Shown in pieces: positions 43,901 through 54,559 of a stretch of DNA of 64,000 nt. The notes beneath the pieces were generated by a model. The model ran no database searches, was not told the origin of the DNA, and saw only the letters and a list, made by a program, of their open reading frames with translations. Both the position numbers and the translations under genes were made by a program. The stretch lies in assembly GCA_964016885.1 (NCBI GenBank), contig OZ024766.1, forward strand, positions 17,794,001 through 17,858,000, given 5' to 3'. The DNA is from Eledone cirrhosa. Lineage: Eukaryota. Numbering within the stretch: the stretch's first letter is position 1; every line of letters begins with the position of its first letter.

Positions 43901-46900
43901 TGTTTGATCATACTGGTAGTTGAGGGGCTCCTAACATGTTTGTATACTGCTGTTGATGTTTGATCATACTGGTAGTTGAGGGGCTCCTAACATGTTTGTA
44001 TACTGCTGTTGATGTTTGATCATACTGGTAGTTGAGGGGCTCCTAACATGTTTGTATACTGCTGTTGATGTTTGATCATACTGGTAGTTGAGGGGCTCCT
44101 AACATGTTTGTATACTGCTGTTGATGTTTGATCATACTGGTAGTTGAGGGGCTCCCAACATGTCGTATACTGGTAGTTGAGGGGCTCCTAACATGTTTGT
44201 ATACTGCTGTTGATGTTTGATCATACTGGTAGTTGAGGGGCTCCTAACATGTTTGTATACTGCTGTTGATGTTTGATCATACTGGTAGTTGAGGGGCTCC
44301 TAACATGTTTGTATACTGCTGTTGATGTTTGATCATACTGGTAGTTGAGGGGCTCCCAACATGTTTGTATACTGGTAGTTGAGGGGCTCCTAACATGTTT
44401 GTATACTGCTGTTGATGTTTGATCATACTGGTAGTTGAGGGGCTCCTAACATGTTTGTATACTGCTGTTGATGTTTGATCATACTGGTAGTTGAGGGGCT
44501 CCTAACATGTTTGTATACTGCTGTTGATGTTTGATCATACTGGTAGTTGAGGGGCTCCCAACATGTTTGTATACTGGTAGTTGAGGGGCTCCTAACATGT
44601 TTGTATACTGCTGTTGATGTTTGATCATACTGGTAGTTGAGGGGCTCCTAACATGTTTGTATACTGCTGTTGATGTTTGATCATACTGGTAGTTGAGGGG
44701 CTCCTAACATGTTTGTATACTGCTGTTGATGTTTGATCATACTGGTAGTTGAGGGGCTCCCAACATGTTTGTATACTGGTAGTTGAGGGGCTCCTAACAT
44801 GTTTGTATACTGCTGTTGATGTTTGATCATACTGGTAGTTGAGGGGCTCCTAACATGTTTGTATACTGCTGTTGATGTTTGATCATACTGGTAGTTGAGG
44901 GGCTCCCAACATGTTTGTATACTGGTAGTTGAGGGGCTCCTAACATGTTTGTATACTGGTAGTTGAGGGGCTCCTAACATGTTTGTATACTGCTGTTGAT
45001 GTTTGATCATACTGGTAGTTGAGGGGCTCCTAACATGTTTGTATACTGCTGTTGATGTTTGATCATACTGGTAGTTGAGGGGCTCCCAACATGTTTGTAT
45101 ACTGGTAGTTGAGGGGCTCCTAACATGTTTGTATACTGCTGTTGATGTTTGATCATACTGGTAGTTGAGGGGCTCCCAACATGTTTGTATACTGGTAGTT
45201 GAGGGGCTCCCAACATGTTTGTATACTGGTAGTTAGGACTTGACACCAGTTGCAGGGGTTGGAAATCTCCCACCATCAGGATGTCCCCTGTGAGTTCAAT
45301 CCCCAGTTCCCAGAGAGATTATATCAAGACATTTTGGTTGTTTCAAAGCACTCTTGTTGGGACCTTAAGCAAGACTCTTTACTTATTGTCTGCCCAGTCT
45401 GACTGAAAAATAGGGGTGAATTTTGTGTTCAATTTTATTTCTACACTTGCTGTTTAGTGGTTTAGACCCGATTAGACGAGCTATTAAAACATCTAAGAAA
45501 CTATATAGGGGGTGAGTTGTAGGAGTGTGTGTGTATGTGATATGATTGGGACCCTTTATTGAAGCTTCCCATGTTGGAGGTCAAATAATCAAACATGGGT
45601 GTGAGCTGTTAACATCGTGTAATGGGCCTTAACAGTTTGATAGAACTGGGGTCCCTATCGTTAAATCACCAGTGAAACCTCTTGTGGGGTACGTTGTAGA
45701 TGGTCTGCTAAGCATACATGGGTGTGAGCTGTTAACATCGTGTAATGGGCCTTAACAGTTTGATAGAACTGGGGTCCCTATCGTTAAATCACCAGTGAAA
45801 CCTCTTGTGGGGTACGTTGTAGATGGTCTGCTAAGCATACATGGGTGTGAGCTGTTAACATCGTGTAATGGGCCTTAACAGCTTGATAAAACTGGGGTCC
45901 CTATTGTTAAATAACCAGTGAAACCTCTTGTGGGGTATGTTGTAGATGGTCTGCTAAGCATACATGGGTGTGAGCTGTTAACATCGTGTAATGGGCCTTA
46001 ACAGCTTGATAAAACTGGGGTCCCTATTGTTAAATAACCAGTGAAACCTCTTGTGGGGTACGTTGTAGATGGTCTGCTAAGCATACATGGGTGTGAGCTG
46101 TTAACATCGTGTAATGGGCCTTAACAGCTTGATAAAACTGGGGTCCCTATCGTTAAATAACCAGTGAAACCTCTTGTGGGGGTACGTTGTAGATGGTCTG
46201 CTAAGCATACATGGGTGTGAGCTGTTAACATCGTGTAATGGGCCTTAACAGTTTGATAGAACTGGGGTCCCTATCGTTAAATAACCAGTGAAACCTCTTG
46301 TGGGGTACGTTGTAGATGGTCTGCTAAGCATACATGGGTGTGAGCTGTTAACATCGTGTAATGGGTCTTAACAGTTTGATAGAACTGGGGTCCCTATTGT
46401 TAAATAACCAGTGAAACCTCTTGTGGGGTACGTTGTAGATGGTCTGCTAAGCCTACATGGGTGTGAGCTGTTAACATCGTGTAATGGGTCTTAACAGTTT
46501 GATAGAACTGGGGTCCCTATCGTTAAATAACCAGTGAAACCTCTTGTGGGGTACGTTGTAGATGGTCTGTTAAGCCTACATGGGTGTGAGCTGTTAACAT
46601 CGTGTAATGGGTCTTAACAGTTTGATAGAACTGGGGTCCCTATCGTTAAATAACCAGTGAAACCTCTTGTGGGGTATGTTGTAGATGGTCTGCTAAGCCT
46701 ACATGGGTGTGAGCTATAACATGGATAGGATTGGGGTCCCTCTCATTAAAACACCCTACAACCTCCTATAGGACACCTCAGAGGAGGCCAACCATGACGA
46801 CATGGGGGGTGTGAGCTGTATCATCGATAGGGTCCCTATCATTAAAACACTCATGGGAGGCCAACAACAATTGTACTAGCGCAATATCGTAGGAAAGTGC

Positions 46901-49900
46901 TCCACAAGCCACAATGTGGTGGAGTGGTTATCTCTGTGTGTTGCGTGTATTGTATCTCACCAGTGGTAGTCTTATTCTCCTATTGTGGGGTGGGGGGTGG
47001 GGTCCCTAATTTAAATATATCAGCATAAGGGTAGGGGTTTAACCTTTCACCATGTTTTCATGCTTTTTTTTTTTCTTTTTTCAAATTGTTTTATTGATGT
47101 ATTAGTGTCTGTAAATAATGATTGGAAACCTGTGTTTAACCCTGATGTATATTGATTGGAGACCTGCATGTGTTTAACCCTCAGCAACTGCAGAGGATAT
47201 GTGACGGCTGGAGAGAAATGAGGCAAGCATGCTCCGTTGGATGTGCGTGAACGACCCAGCATGAATGTGTTGAGAGAGAAACTGTCTGAGAGGGATAGAA
47301 TGTAGTGTACGGGAGAGGAGACTGAGGTGGTATGGACATGTGATGTGTTGAGAGAGAAACTGTGTCTGAGAGGGATAGAATGTAGTGTACGGGAGAGGAG
47401 ACTGAGGTGGTATGGACATGTGATGTGTTGAGAGAGAAACTGTGTCTGAGAGGGATAGAATGTAGTGTACGGGAGAGGAGACTGAGGTGGTATGGACATG
47501 TGATGTGTTGAGAGAGAAACTGTGTCTGAGAGGGATAGAATGTAGTGTACGAGAGAGGAGACTGAGGGGGTATGGACATGTGATGTGTTGAGAGAGAAAC
47601 TGTCAGAGAGGGATAGAATGTAGTGTACGGGAGAGGAGACTGAGGTGGTATGGACATGTGATGTGTTGAGAGAGAAACTGTCAGAGAGGGATAGAATGTA
47701 GTGTACGGGAGAGGAGACTGAGGTGGTATGGACATGTGATGTGTTGAGAGAGAAACTGTCAGAGAGGGATAGAATGTAGTGTACGGGAGAGGAGACTGAG
47801 GTGGTATGGACATGTGATGTGTTGAGAGAGAAACTGTCAGAGAGGGATAGAATGTAGTGTACGGGAGAGGAGACTGAGGTGGTATGGACATGTGATGTGT
47901 TGAGAGAGAAACTGTGTCTGAGAGGGATAGAATGTAGTGTACGGGAGAGGAGACTGAGGTGGTATGGACATGTGATGTGTTGAGAGAGAAACTGTGTCTG
48001 AGAGGGATAGAATGTAGTGTACGGGAGAGGAGACTGAGGTGGTATGGACATGTGATGTGTTGAGAGAGAAACTGTCAGAGAGGGATAGAATGCAGTGTAC
48101 GGGAGAGGAGACTGAGGTGGTATGGACATGTGATGTGTTGAGAGAGAAACTGTCAGAGAGGGATAGAATGCAGTGTACGGGAGAGGAGACTGAGGTGGTA
48201 TGGACATGTGATGTGTTGAGAGAGAAACTGTCAGAGAGGGATAGAATGTAGTGTACGGGAGAGGAGACTGAGGTGGTATGGACATGTGATGTGTTGAGAG
48301 AGAAACTGTGTCTGAGAGGGATAGAATGTAGTGTACGGGAGAGGAGACTGAGGTGGTATGGACATGTGATGGGCATGGAGGATGACCGATGGGTGAAGAA
48401 GTGCCAGGAATTGCCAGTTGAAGGAAGACGTGGTAGAGGTAGACAACGAAAAACATGGGCGGAGGTGGTGAGAACAGACCTCAGATCGCTGAAGCTCACG
48501 GTCGGGATGACGAAGGACCGTGACAAGTGGAGAGATGCTGTACTGAATAAGACCCGTCCCACCCTTGCAAGCAGGGAAGAGCGGACGTAAAATGATGATG
48601 ATGATGATGATGATGATGGAAACCTGCGTGTTTAACCCTAATATATATTGATTGGAGACCTGTGTTTAACCCTAATAGGATTGGAAACCTGTGGTTAACC
48701 CTAATATATGATTGGAGACCTGTGTTTAACCCTAATATATGATTGGAGACCTGTGTTTAACCCTAATATATGATTGGAGACCCGTGTTTAACCCTAATAT
48801 ATGATTGGAGACCTGTGTTTAACCCTAATATGATTGGAGACCTGTGTTTAACCCTAATAGGATTGGAGACCTGTGTTTAACCCTAATAGGATTGGAGACC
48901 TGTGTTTAACCCTAATAGGATTGGAGACCCGTGTTTAACCCTAATATATGATTGGAGACCCGTGTTTAACCCTAATATATGATTGGAGACTTGTGTTTAA
49001 CCCTAATATATGATTGGAGACTTGTGTTTAACCCTAATATATGATTGGAGACCTGTGTTTAACCCTAATATATGATTGGAGACCTGTGTTTAACCCTAAT
49101 ATATGATTGGAGACCTGTGTTTAACCCTAATATATGATTGGAGACCTGTGTTTAACCCTAATATATGATTGGAGACCTGTGTTTAACCCTAATATATGAT
49201 TGGAGACCTGTGTTTAACCCTAATATATGATTGGAGACCTGTGTTTAACCCTAATATATGATTGGAGACCTGTGTTTAACCCTAATATATGATTGGAGAC
49301 CTGTGTTTAACCCTAATATATGATTGGAGACCTGTGTTTAACCCTAATATATGATTGGAGACCTGTGTTTAACCCTAATATATGATTGGAGACCTGTGTT
49401 TAACCCTAATATATGATTGGAGACCTGTGTTTAACCCTAATATATGATTGGAGACCTGTGTTAAACCCTAATAGGATTGGAGACCTGTGTTTAACCCTAA
49501 TAGGATTGGAGACCTGTGTTTAACCCTAATATATGATTGGAGACCTGTGTTTAACCCTAATATATGATTGGAGACCTGTGTTTAACCCTAATAGGATTGG
49601 AGACCTGTGTTTAACCCTAATATATGATTGGGAGACCTGTGTTTAACCCTAATATATGATTGGGAGACCTGTGTTTAACCCTAATATATGATTGGAGACC
49701 TGTGTTTAACCCTAATATATGATTGGAGACCTGTGTTTAACCCTAATATATGATTGGAGACCTGTGTTTAACCCTAATATATGATTGGAGACCTGTGTTT
49801 AACCCTAATATATGATTGGAGACCTGTGTTTAACCCTAATATATGATTGGAGACCTGTGTTTAACCCTAATATATGATTGGAGACCTGTGTTTAACCCTA

Positions 49901-51283
49901 ATATATGATTGGAGACCTGTGTTTAACCCTAATAGGATTGGAGACCTGTGTTTAACCCTAATATATGATTGGAGACCTGTGTTTAACCCTAATATATGAT
50001 TGGAGACCTGTGTTTAACCCTAAAATAAGTTGGGTTACTTTGAATAATGAATGAATGAATATTTAATTTATCTACTAAATTTCATAGCTCTTGTTTAAAC
50101 ATATATATTCTTATCATCATCATTGCTGTTTTACGTCCGCTCTTCCGCGCTAGCATGGGTTAGACGGGTTGTCCTGTTGTGGGCAGTGTCCGGTCGGCTG
50201 ACCTTGCCTTGCTTATACATACGGGAACTGATTCTGGCTTATATATAACGTATTGCTTTTTTTAATATTCACTTATTTCTGGTTAGCGTCTGTTATATCA
50301 TAGAACATATAGCCACATTATATCGTATCGTATCGTAGATGGGCGGTATCAGTAGAGGGTCGGACGGCATGCCTTTGAGGCAAAGTCTTGCGTCCCTTTA
50401 CGATCTGAGTTCAAATCCCATTGAGGTTAGCTTTGCTTTTATATCATCATCATCGTCGTTTAACGTCCGTGTTCCACGCTTGCATGGGTTTGGATGGGAG
50501 TTTTCCCACTTGAGGCAAGAGTGGTTGTCTTGCTCGCATAGGACTGTCTGGCGGGTTTTCTACAGTTGGATGCCCTTCCTAACACCAACCACATTTACAG
50601 TGTGGAACTGGGAGGTTTTTACCGTGTTGCCTACACGGCCACATTACAGCGTGGACTCTCTGGCGGGTTTTCTACAGCTGGATGCCCTTCCTAACACCAA
50701 CCACATTTACAGTGTGGACTGGGAGGTTTTTACCGTGTTGCCTACACGGCCACATTACAGCGTGGACTGTCTGGCGGGTTTTCTACAGCTGGATGCCCTT
50801 CCTAACACCAACCACATTTACAGTGTGGGGCTGGGAGGTTTTTACCGGGTTGCCTACACGGCCACATTACAGCGTGGACTGTCTGGCGGGTTTTCTACAG
50901 CTGGATGCCCTTCCTAACACCAACCACATTTACAGTGTGGGGCTGGGAGGTTTTTACCGTGTTGCCTACACGGCCACATTACAGCGTGGACTGTCTGGCG
51001 GGTTTTCTACAGCTGGATGCCCTTCCTAACAACAACCACATTTACAGTGTGGGGCTGGGAGGTTTTTACCGTGTTGCCTACACGGCCACATTACAGCGTG
51101 GACTGTCTGGCGGGTTTTCTACAGCTGGATGCCCTTCCCAACACCAACCACATTTACAGTGTATATATATATATATGTGTGTATATATATATATATATGT
51201 GTGTATATATATATATATATGTGTGTATATATATATATATATGTGTGTATATATATATATATATGTGTGTATATATATATATA

Positions 51284-51368
<85 letters not shown>

Positions 51369-51529
51369 GTGTGTATATATATATATATATGTGTATATAT
51401 ATATGTGTATATATATATATATATGTGTATATATATATGTGTATATATATATATATATGTGTATATAGTAATAATAATAAATTTGAAGACTAAACTTTAA
51501 TCTGTTATTTTAATAAATATATGTGTGTA

Positions 51530-51593
<64 letters not shown>

Positions 51594-52669
51594 CATCATA
51601 TATATAAATTTTAGTACAGCATTGACTAAGCTTTAGTACACGGCCAAGCTAGCGTATATGCCTAATCGGTCTGTAGCTTGAGCACTCTGATGAGGAAAGA
51701 CCCCAGAGTAATAACATTACGTTCAGACAGCTTAGCAAATCAGATATAGGGGTCGGCAGTCCAGCCCCATCACTAGAGCAACGAAAATACAGGACCCAGA
51801 TATTTTTTGGGAGCATTCTTGAGTAGGAAATATATATTTAAATAATTTTGAATGCCATATAATGTATTAGAAAATTAAGTGCCAAGATAACATTAGAATC
51901 TAATTGTAGCAGATTTAAGAATCCCTGTATGTGTGTGTATATATATAATGTAAAGGTGGTTGGTGTTAGGAAGGGCATCCAGCTGTAGAAAGAACTTGCG
52001 AGCGAGACATGGTCTCCTAACCATCTAGCCCATGATAGCGTGGACAATAAACGATGGTGATTATATATATATATATATGGAGGCATATGGCTTAGTGGTT
52101 AGAGCATTGGCCTTGCAATCGAAAGGTTGTGAGTTCAATTCTCAGACCGGGTGATGTGTTGTTTTCTTGGTTTTCTTGAGCAAGACACTTTATTTCGCAT
52201 TGCTCCAGTTTACTCAGCTGTAGAAATGAGATGATAGGGACTGGGGTCTCTATCATTCCACTGTAAAGTGGTCGTGGAGGTGCCACGGCAGAAAAGCACC
52301 CAGCACTCACTGTAAATGAGGTTGGTGTTAGGAAGGGCATCCAGCTGTAGAAATCAAGCTAGCATCAGTTCCCGTCCCACCCTTGCAAGCAGGGAAAAGC
52401 AGACAGATGTTATTTTCACAGTAAAGGCTTTACCTCACATAATATCGAATCTATGAAATTTTGAAAGTATTTATTTTGGGAGCAGTACCTTAACATCAGT
52501 ATGGGCGACCAGTTACAGCCAGTTTCAACGGAAAAAGGTAGAGAATTCTGCTCGATTTGAACATTAAAGGGTTAAAGGCATTTTTAATGGACCACGTCCA
52601 TTATTTGTGGTTTTTCCACTCTTCAGAGGTGCTCTAAGAACGTAGGCTTTGTGAATACCAGGGGACAAC

Positions 52670-52730
<61 letters not shown>

Positions 52731-53915
52731 ATGTATATATATATGTGTGTATGTATATATATATGTGTGTATGTATATATATATATGTGTGTATGTATAT
52801 ATATATATATATGTGTGTATGTATATATATATATATGTGTGTATGTATATATATATATGTGTGTATGTATATATATATATATGTGTGTATGTATATATAT
52901 ATATATGTGTATGTATATATATATATATGTGTGTATGTATATATATATATATATGTGTGTATGTATATATATATATATGTGTGTATGTATATATATATAT
53001 ATGTGTGTATGTATATATATATATGTGTGTATGTATATATATATATGTATGTATGTATGTATATATATATGTATGTATGTATGTATATATATATGTGTGT
53101 ATGTATGTATATATATATGTGTGTATGTATGTATGTATATATATATGTGTGTATGTATATATATATATGTGTGTATGTATGTATGTATATATATGTGTGT
53201 GTATGTATGTATGTATATATATATGTGTGTATGTATGTATGTATATATATATGTGTGTGTATGTATGTATATATATATGTGTGTGTATGTATGTATATAT
53301 ATATGTGTGTGTATGTATGTATATATATATGTGTGTATGTATGTAAATATATATATGTGTGTATGTATGTGCCTTTGCTCACTATAAAAGCTTCACGGCA
53401 CAGGCATTGCTTTATATCTGGAGATCTCTCTGCACTTGTCGTCACATGGTACCATGGGCCCAGCACTATGTGTCAATAATTGTCACAAGTGTAGTGTTTG
53501 TACCAGAGTTTTCAAGTCACTGGCTGGACTAAAAAGTCACTCGTTCAGCGCATCGGTTGGGGTTCTCCTACATGGATATAAAGTAGTGGCCATACTCGAA
53601 AACGAGTTGGCAGCTACCATGTATGTATATATATGTGTATGTATGTATGTATATATATGTGTATGTGTGTGTGTATATATGTGTATGTGTGTACGTACGT
53701 GTGTGTGTGTGTATGTATGTATATATATATGTTTATATATCAATGTTTGCAGGGTGGGGATATTTGTCTTTTATAATTTTAACAGCAAAATTTGAATTTT
53801 CTTTCCTTATTTTTTTTTTTTTTTTTTTTTTTTTCCCCCTCTTTTTTTCTTTGCAGGCAACTATGGAGGCGGCGGTGGTGGTGGCTGGGGTGGATCTTAC
53901 CGTGGCTACAACTGA
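1321..53915 (+). CDS. Spliced gene (13 coding exons) for a 2xRRM RNA-binding protein with acidic N-terminus and Gly/Tyr/Ser-rich low-complexity C-terminus (nucleolin/hnRNP-like), about 450 or 536 aa
   Basis: Manual splicing at GT-AG sites gives a continuous frame: 1321-1477, 2544-2600, 12179-12320, 13224-13333, 14657-14686, 19637-19766, 24382-24506, 25716-25814, 28375-28454, 32451-32524, 33243-33320, 35091-35302 (or -35560), 53857-53915 (TGA). RNP-like motifs: RKGFMRMKF, LYVNNV, QGYALVEC. Confidence 0.88.
1515..1865. repeat. Degenerate tandem repeat, about 60 bp
   Basis: Recurrent GAGGGCTGTATATATAGGTACCCCTGTTTG. Confidence 0.8.
2544..2600 (+). CDS. Coding exon 2 ([19 protein letters not shown])
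   Basis: ttttttccag acceptor, GTGAGT donor, 57 nt, phase 1/1. Confidence 0.85.
   Translation, partial: RKKRNLKRRKKRMTTHLI
2975..4512. repeat. 60/72-bp minisatellite
   Basis: Unit GTGAGGTAAAGCCTTTACTGTGACAATACAATAGTATATATAGAGTAATGTAAATGTTAT. Confidence 0.95.
4686..4752 (+). ncRNA. Intronic box C/D snoRNA candidate, copy 1
   Basis: GTC/GAC terminal stem; box C GTGATGA 4690-4696; D' TTGA 4712-4715; C' ATGATGA 4719-4725; D CTGA 4746-4749. Same strand as the host gene. Confidence 0.7.
4807..6271 (+). mobile_element. piggyBac-like relic A, 3' truncated at an internal TTAA
   Basis: TTAA plus CCCTTTAGCATTCA end. Fragmentary PGBD-like transposase ([12 protein letters not shown]...YWST...MAKTRF). 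Confidence 0.8.
5141..5480 (+). mobile_element. tRNA-derived SINE, family 1
   Basis: A box TGGCTTAGTGG, B box GTTCAATTC, (TGA)n tail. Confidence 0.85.
6272..8308 (+). mobile_element. piggyBac-like non-autonomous element B with both TIRs
   Basis: CCCTTTAGCGTTCA...TGAATGCTAAAGGG. Frameshifted N-terminal transposase fragment at about 7000-7446; SINE insertions inside. Confidence 0.85.
6624..6969 (+). mobile_element. tRNA-derived SINE, family 1
   Basis: Near-identical to the 5141 copy and at the same position within the piggyBac element. Confidence 0.85.
8451..8517 (+). ncRNA. Intronic box C/D snoRNA candidate, copy 2
   Basis: Identical to copy 1 except T4734/A8499. Confidence 0.68.
8573..11400. 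repeat. 99/88-bp tandem repeat derived from a LINE fragment
   Basis: Its reverse complement matches 26485-26620. Confidence 0.95.
11401..11812 (-). mobile_element. Truncated mariner element (one TIR plus HTH region)
   Basis: [26 protein letters not shown] motif; TA-flanked end CACGAGGTGTGTCAGAAAAGT. Confidence 0.85.
12179..12320 (+). CDS. Coding exon 3: N-terminal half of a divergent RRM1
   Basis: tcttacag acceptor, GTATGT donor, phase 1/2. Encodes [12 protein letters not shown]...SGVRKG. Confidence 0.85.
12495..13005 (+). mobile_element. RTE-like LINE 3' end with internal tandem amplification
   Basis: [12 protein letters not shown]...DKWR, followed by a (TGA)n tail. Confidence 0.75.
13224..13333 (+). 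CDS. Coding exon 4: RRM1 RNP1 and C-terminal half
   Basis: ttacag acceptor, GTAAGT donor. [29 protein letters not shown] fits RRM beta3-alpha2-beta4. Confidence 0.88.
13511..13849 (+). mobile_element. tRNA-derived SINE, family 1 (variant tail)
   Basis: Same head and body as other family 1 copies. Confidence 0.8.
14080..14570. repeat. Tandem repeat, about 53 bp
   Basis: Recurrent TGTCCTTAATTAGTTTGGTTCTTG. Confidence 0.85.
14657..14686 (+). CDS. Coding micro-exon 5 ([10 protein letters not shown]), inter-RRM linker
   Basis: Strong polypyrimidine tract plus ttgcag. Donor GTATGA at 14687, alternative GTAAAG at 14681. Symmetric phase 1. Confidence 0.7.
16135..16563 (+). mobile_element. tRNA-derived SINE, family 1 (internal module triplicated)
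   Basis: Same head; repeated CACTGTAAAGTGGTCGTGGAGGTGCC module. Confidence 0.85.
17545..17680 (+). mobile_element. Short piggyBac-type MITE (other copies near 970-1130, 2620-2780, 17235-17415, 31660-32350; reversed at 52405-52575)
   Basis: TTAACC(C/A)TTTAG...AATGCTAAAGGGTTAA ends and a shared internal sequence. Confidence 0.65.
19637..19766 (+). CDS. Coding exon 6: RRM2 N-terminal half
   Basis: ttttcag acceptor, GTAATT donor. [29 protein letters not shown] resembles nucleolin RRMs. Confidence 0.9.
19995..22300. repeat. AT-rich minisatellite, about 80 bp
   Basis: Recurrent CATTTTTATAAAATAGTGGGGTTTC. Confidence 0.9.
24382..24506 (+). CDS. Coding exon 7: RRM2 C-terminal half
   Basis: ttttctatag acceptor, GTAAGT donor. 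Encodes [33 protein letters not shown]. Confidence 0.9.
24601..24940 (+). mobile_element. tRNA-derived SINE, family 1
   Basis: Same head and body as other family 1 copies. Confidence 0.8.
25075..25695. repeat. Minisatellite abutting the exon 8 acceptor
   Basis: Recurrent GTTGAAGTAAAGACCCAGGTTTTGTTG. Confidence 0.9.
25716..25814 (+). CDS. Coding exon 8: basic N/Q/K-rich segment
   Basis: Polypyrimidine tract plus tacag, GTATGT donor, 99 nt, phase 1/1. Encodes [18 protein letters not shown]... Confidence 0.85.
25900..26760. mobile_element. Degenerate LINE RT fragments (minus strand about 25900-26125, plus strand about 26130-26760)
   Basis: [16 protein letters not shown] on minus; [11 protein letters not shown] and YGHVVRM on plus, with stops. 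Confidence 0.65.
27030..28260. repeat. 56-bp minisatellite
   Basis: Unit beginning TGTCACCCTCTCTGATATCTCCCTACC. Confidence 0.95.
28375..28454 (+). CDS. Coding exon 9 ([27 protein letters not shown])
   Basis: ctttttcag acceptor, AAG|GTAAGT donor, phase 1/0. Confidence 0.85.
28465..31425. repeat. GT-rich (GGT)n-containing minisatellite
   Basis: Recurrent GTCTTTGATTCTATTGTACTGG. Confidence 0.95.
31755..32340. repeat. Same 60/72-bp minisatellite, inside a MITE
   Basis: Same unit as 2975-4512. Confidence 0.95.
32451..32524 (+). CDS. Coding exon 10 ([25 protein letters not shown])
   Basis: ctccttccag acceptor, with an in-frame alternative CAG 9 nt downstream. GTAAGT donor, phase 0/2. Confidence 0.85.
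32635..33195. repeat. AT-rich tandem repeat containing AAAGGGTTAA
   Basis: Recurrent CCATTAGAAATATGGTAATGAAAGGGTTAAAGTG; related degenerate copies near 23480-24040. Confidence 0.8.
33243..33320 (+). CDS. Coding exon 11 ([26 protein letters not shown])
   Basis: Poly-T plus ccag acceptor, GTCAGT donor, 78 nt, phase 2/2. Confidence 0.8.
33720..33970 (-). mobile_element. LINE RT fragment
   Basis: [26 protein letters not shown] motif. Confidence 0.6.
33970..35032. repeat. Same 60/72-bp minisatellite
   Basis: Same unit as 2975-4512. Confidence 0.95.
35091..35560 (+). CDS. Coding exon 12: G/S/Y/Q-rich low-complexity domain, with two in-frame donors (after 35302 and after 35560)
   Basis: tttccag acceptor, in frame with ORF 35098-35589. 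Donors G|GTAACT and G|GTATGC are both phase 1. Confidence 0.85.
35610..37930. repeat. Complex minisatellite interrupted by a duplicated exon piece
   Basis: Recurrent GGGCTTGTTAAGGGCTC modules. Confidence 0.9.
36683..36950 (+). pseudogene. Duplicated copy of the 3' part of exon 12, including its donor
   Basis: Matches 35323-35595. Confidence 0.8.
38205..39320. repeat. 64-bp minisatellite
   Basis: Recurrent CTCTAGTGGTAAATACTGTTAAGGCCCACAGTG. Confidence 0.9.
39595..45235. repeat. 56/34-bp minisatellite array, about 5.6 kb
   Basis: Unit GAGGGGCTCCTAACATGTTTGTATACTG... Confidence 0.95.
45594..46740. repeat. 123-bp tandem repeat
   Basis: CATGGGTGTGAG recurs at 45594, 45717 and onward. Confidence 0.95.
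47182..48617 (+). mobile_element. RTE-like LINE 3' end containing a 78/80-bp tandem array
   Basis: [21 protein letters not shown]...[12 protein letters not shown], followed by a (TGA)n tail. Confidence 0.8.
48618..50025. repeat. 31/29-bp minisatellite
   Basis: Unit GATTGGAGACCTGTGTTTAACCCTAATATAT. Confidence 0.95.
50445..51160 (-). repeat. SINE 3' portion amplified in tandem
   Basis: Repeated CAGCTGGATGCCCTTCCTAACACCAACC modules. Related fragments at 345-620, 7450-7720, 11875-12030 and 50115-50240. Confidence 0.75.
52078..52405 (+). mobile_element. tRNA-derived SINE, family 1
   Basis: Same head and body as other family 1 copies. Confidence 0.85.
52670..53370. repeat. (TA)n/(TG)n compound microsatellite (also 51160-51600 and 53620-53740)
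   Basis: Direct inspection. Confidence 0.95.
53857..53915 (+). CDS. Last coding exon ([19 protein letters not shown])
   Basis: Very long poly-T plus ttgcag acceptor, phase 1 compatible, TGA at 53913-53915. Confidence 0.85.
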
Positions 53916-54559
53916 AAGAGTCTCGGGGGGGTGCTGGGTTGGTCTTCTTGATTGGAATACAAAACACACAAACCAACAGTACAGTCCAGTCCAGTCCTAT
54001 TCGAATTCAACGTGGTCACATTTGTCATCGGTAGCCCTCCCTCTCCCGTTCTCTCTCTCTCTCCCCCACCCCTCCCCCTCACTTCACTTTCTTACTAGCC
54101 CTCCGCCCTGCCCCTCCCCAACAAAAAAAATCACTCACAAGCACACACAAAAAAAAAACACGGGTCGCTGCAGGTTATATATATATTTTTTTTTTCCATT
54201 TCATTTTTTCTTTAAAAAAAATTTTTTTTTTTTCAAACTCATTTTTACATGAATTAATTTCCTTCCCCCGTCCCGCCCCCCCTCTGTCCTCGCCCCACCC
54301 TACCCCCACCAAAAATATCATTTCTCTCATTTAGCTCCTCTCCTCACCTTTATATTGTTCTCTCACCCTTCCTAAAGTCTTACATTCATAGTTTAAACCT
54401 CACTCACTGCTCACTTAATTCATTTTAAAGAGGGGAAAACAAAAAAAAAAAAAAGGAAAAGACATGAAACAAACCTTCAAATAAATTTCATTTTCTCAAT
54501 TTTATTCTCCTAAAGTTTTCATTTTTTTAAAAGTTCTTACTAATATGGTTGTTGTATGG

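Noticed and set aside
39595-45235. CRISPR-like regular repeats
   Set aside because: No unique spacers, eukaryotic context and no cas genes.
47047-48562. Long minus-strand ORFs
   Set aside because: Antisense reading of a LINE-derived tandem array.
48618-50025. Telomeric repeat
   Set aside because: Only one CCCTAA per 31-bp unit; not a (TTAGGG)n tract.
51685-51790. CTGATGAG...CGAAA as a possible hammerhead
   Set aside because: No stem II closing onto GAAA and no stem I/III partners were found.
52564-53479. YI/CV-rich ORFs
   Set aside because: Dinucleotide microsatellite.
53470-53545. C2H2-like peptide [19 protein letters not shown]
   Set aside because: Isolated with no splice context; more likely a LINE C-terminal relic than a gene exon.
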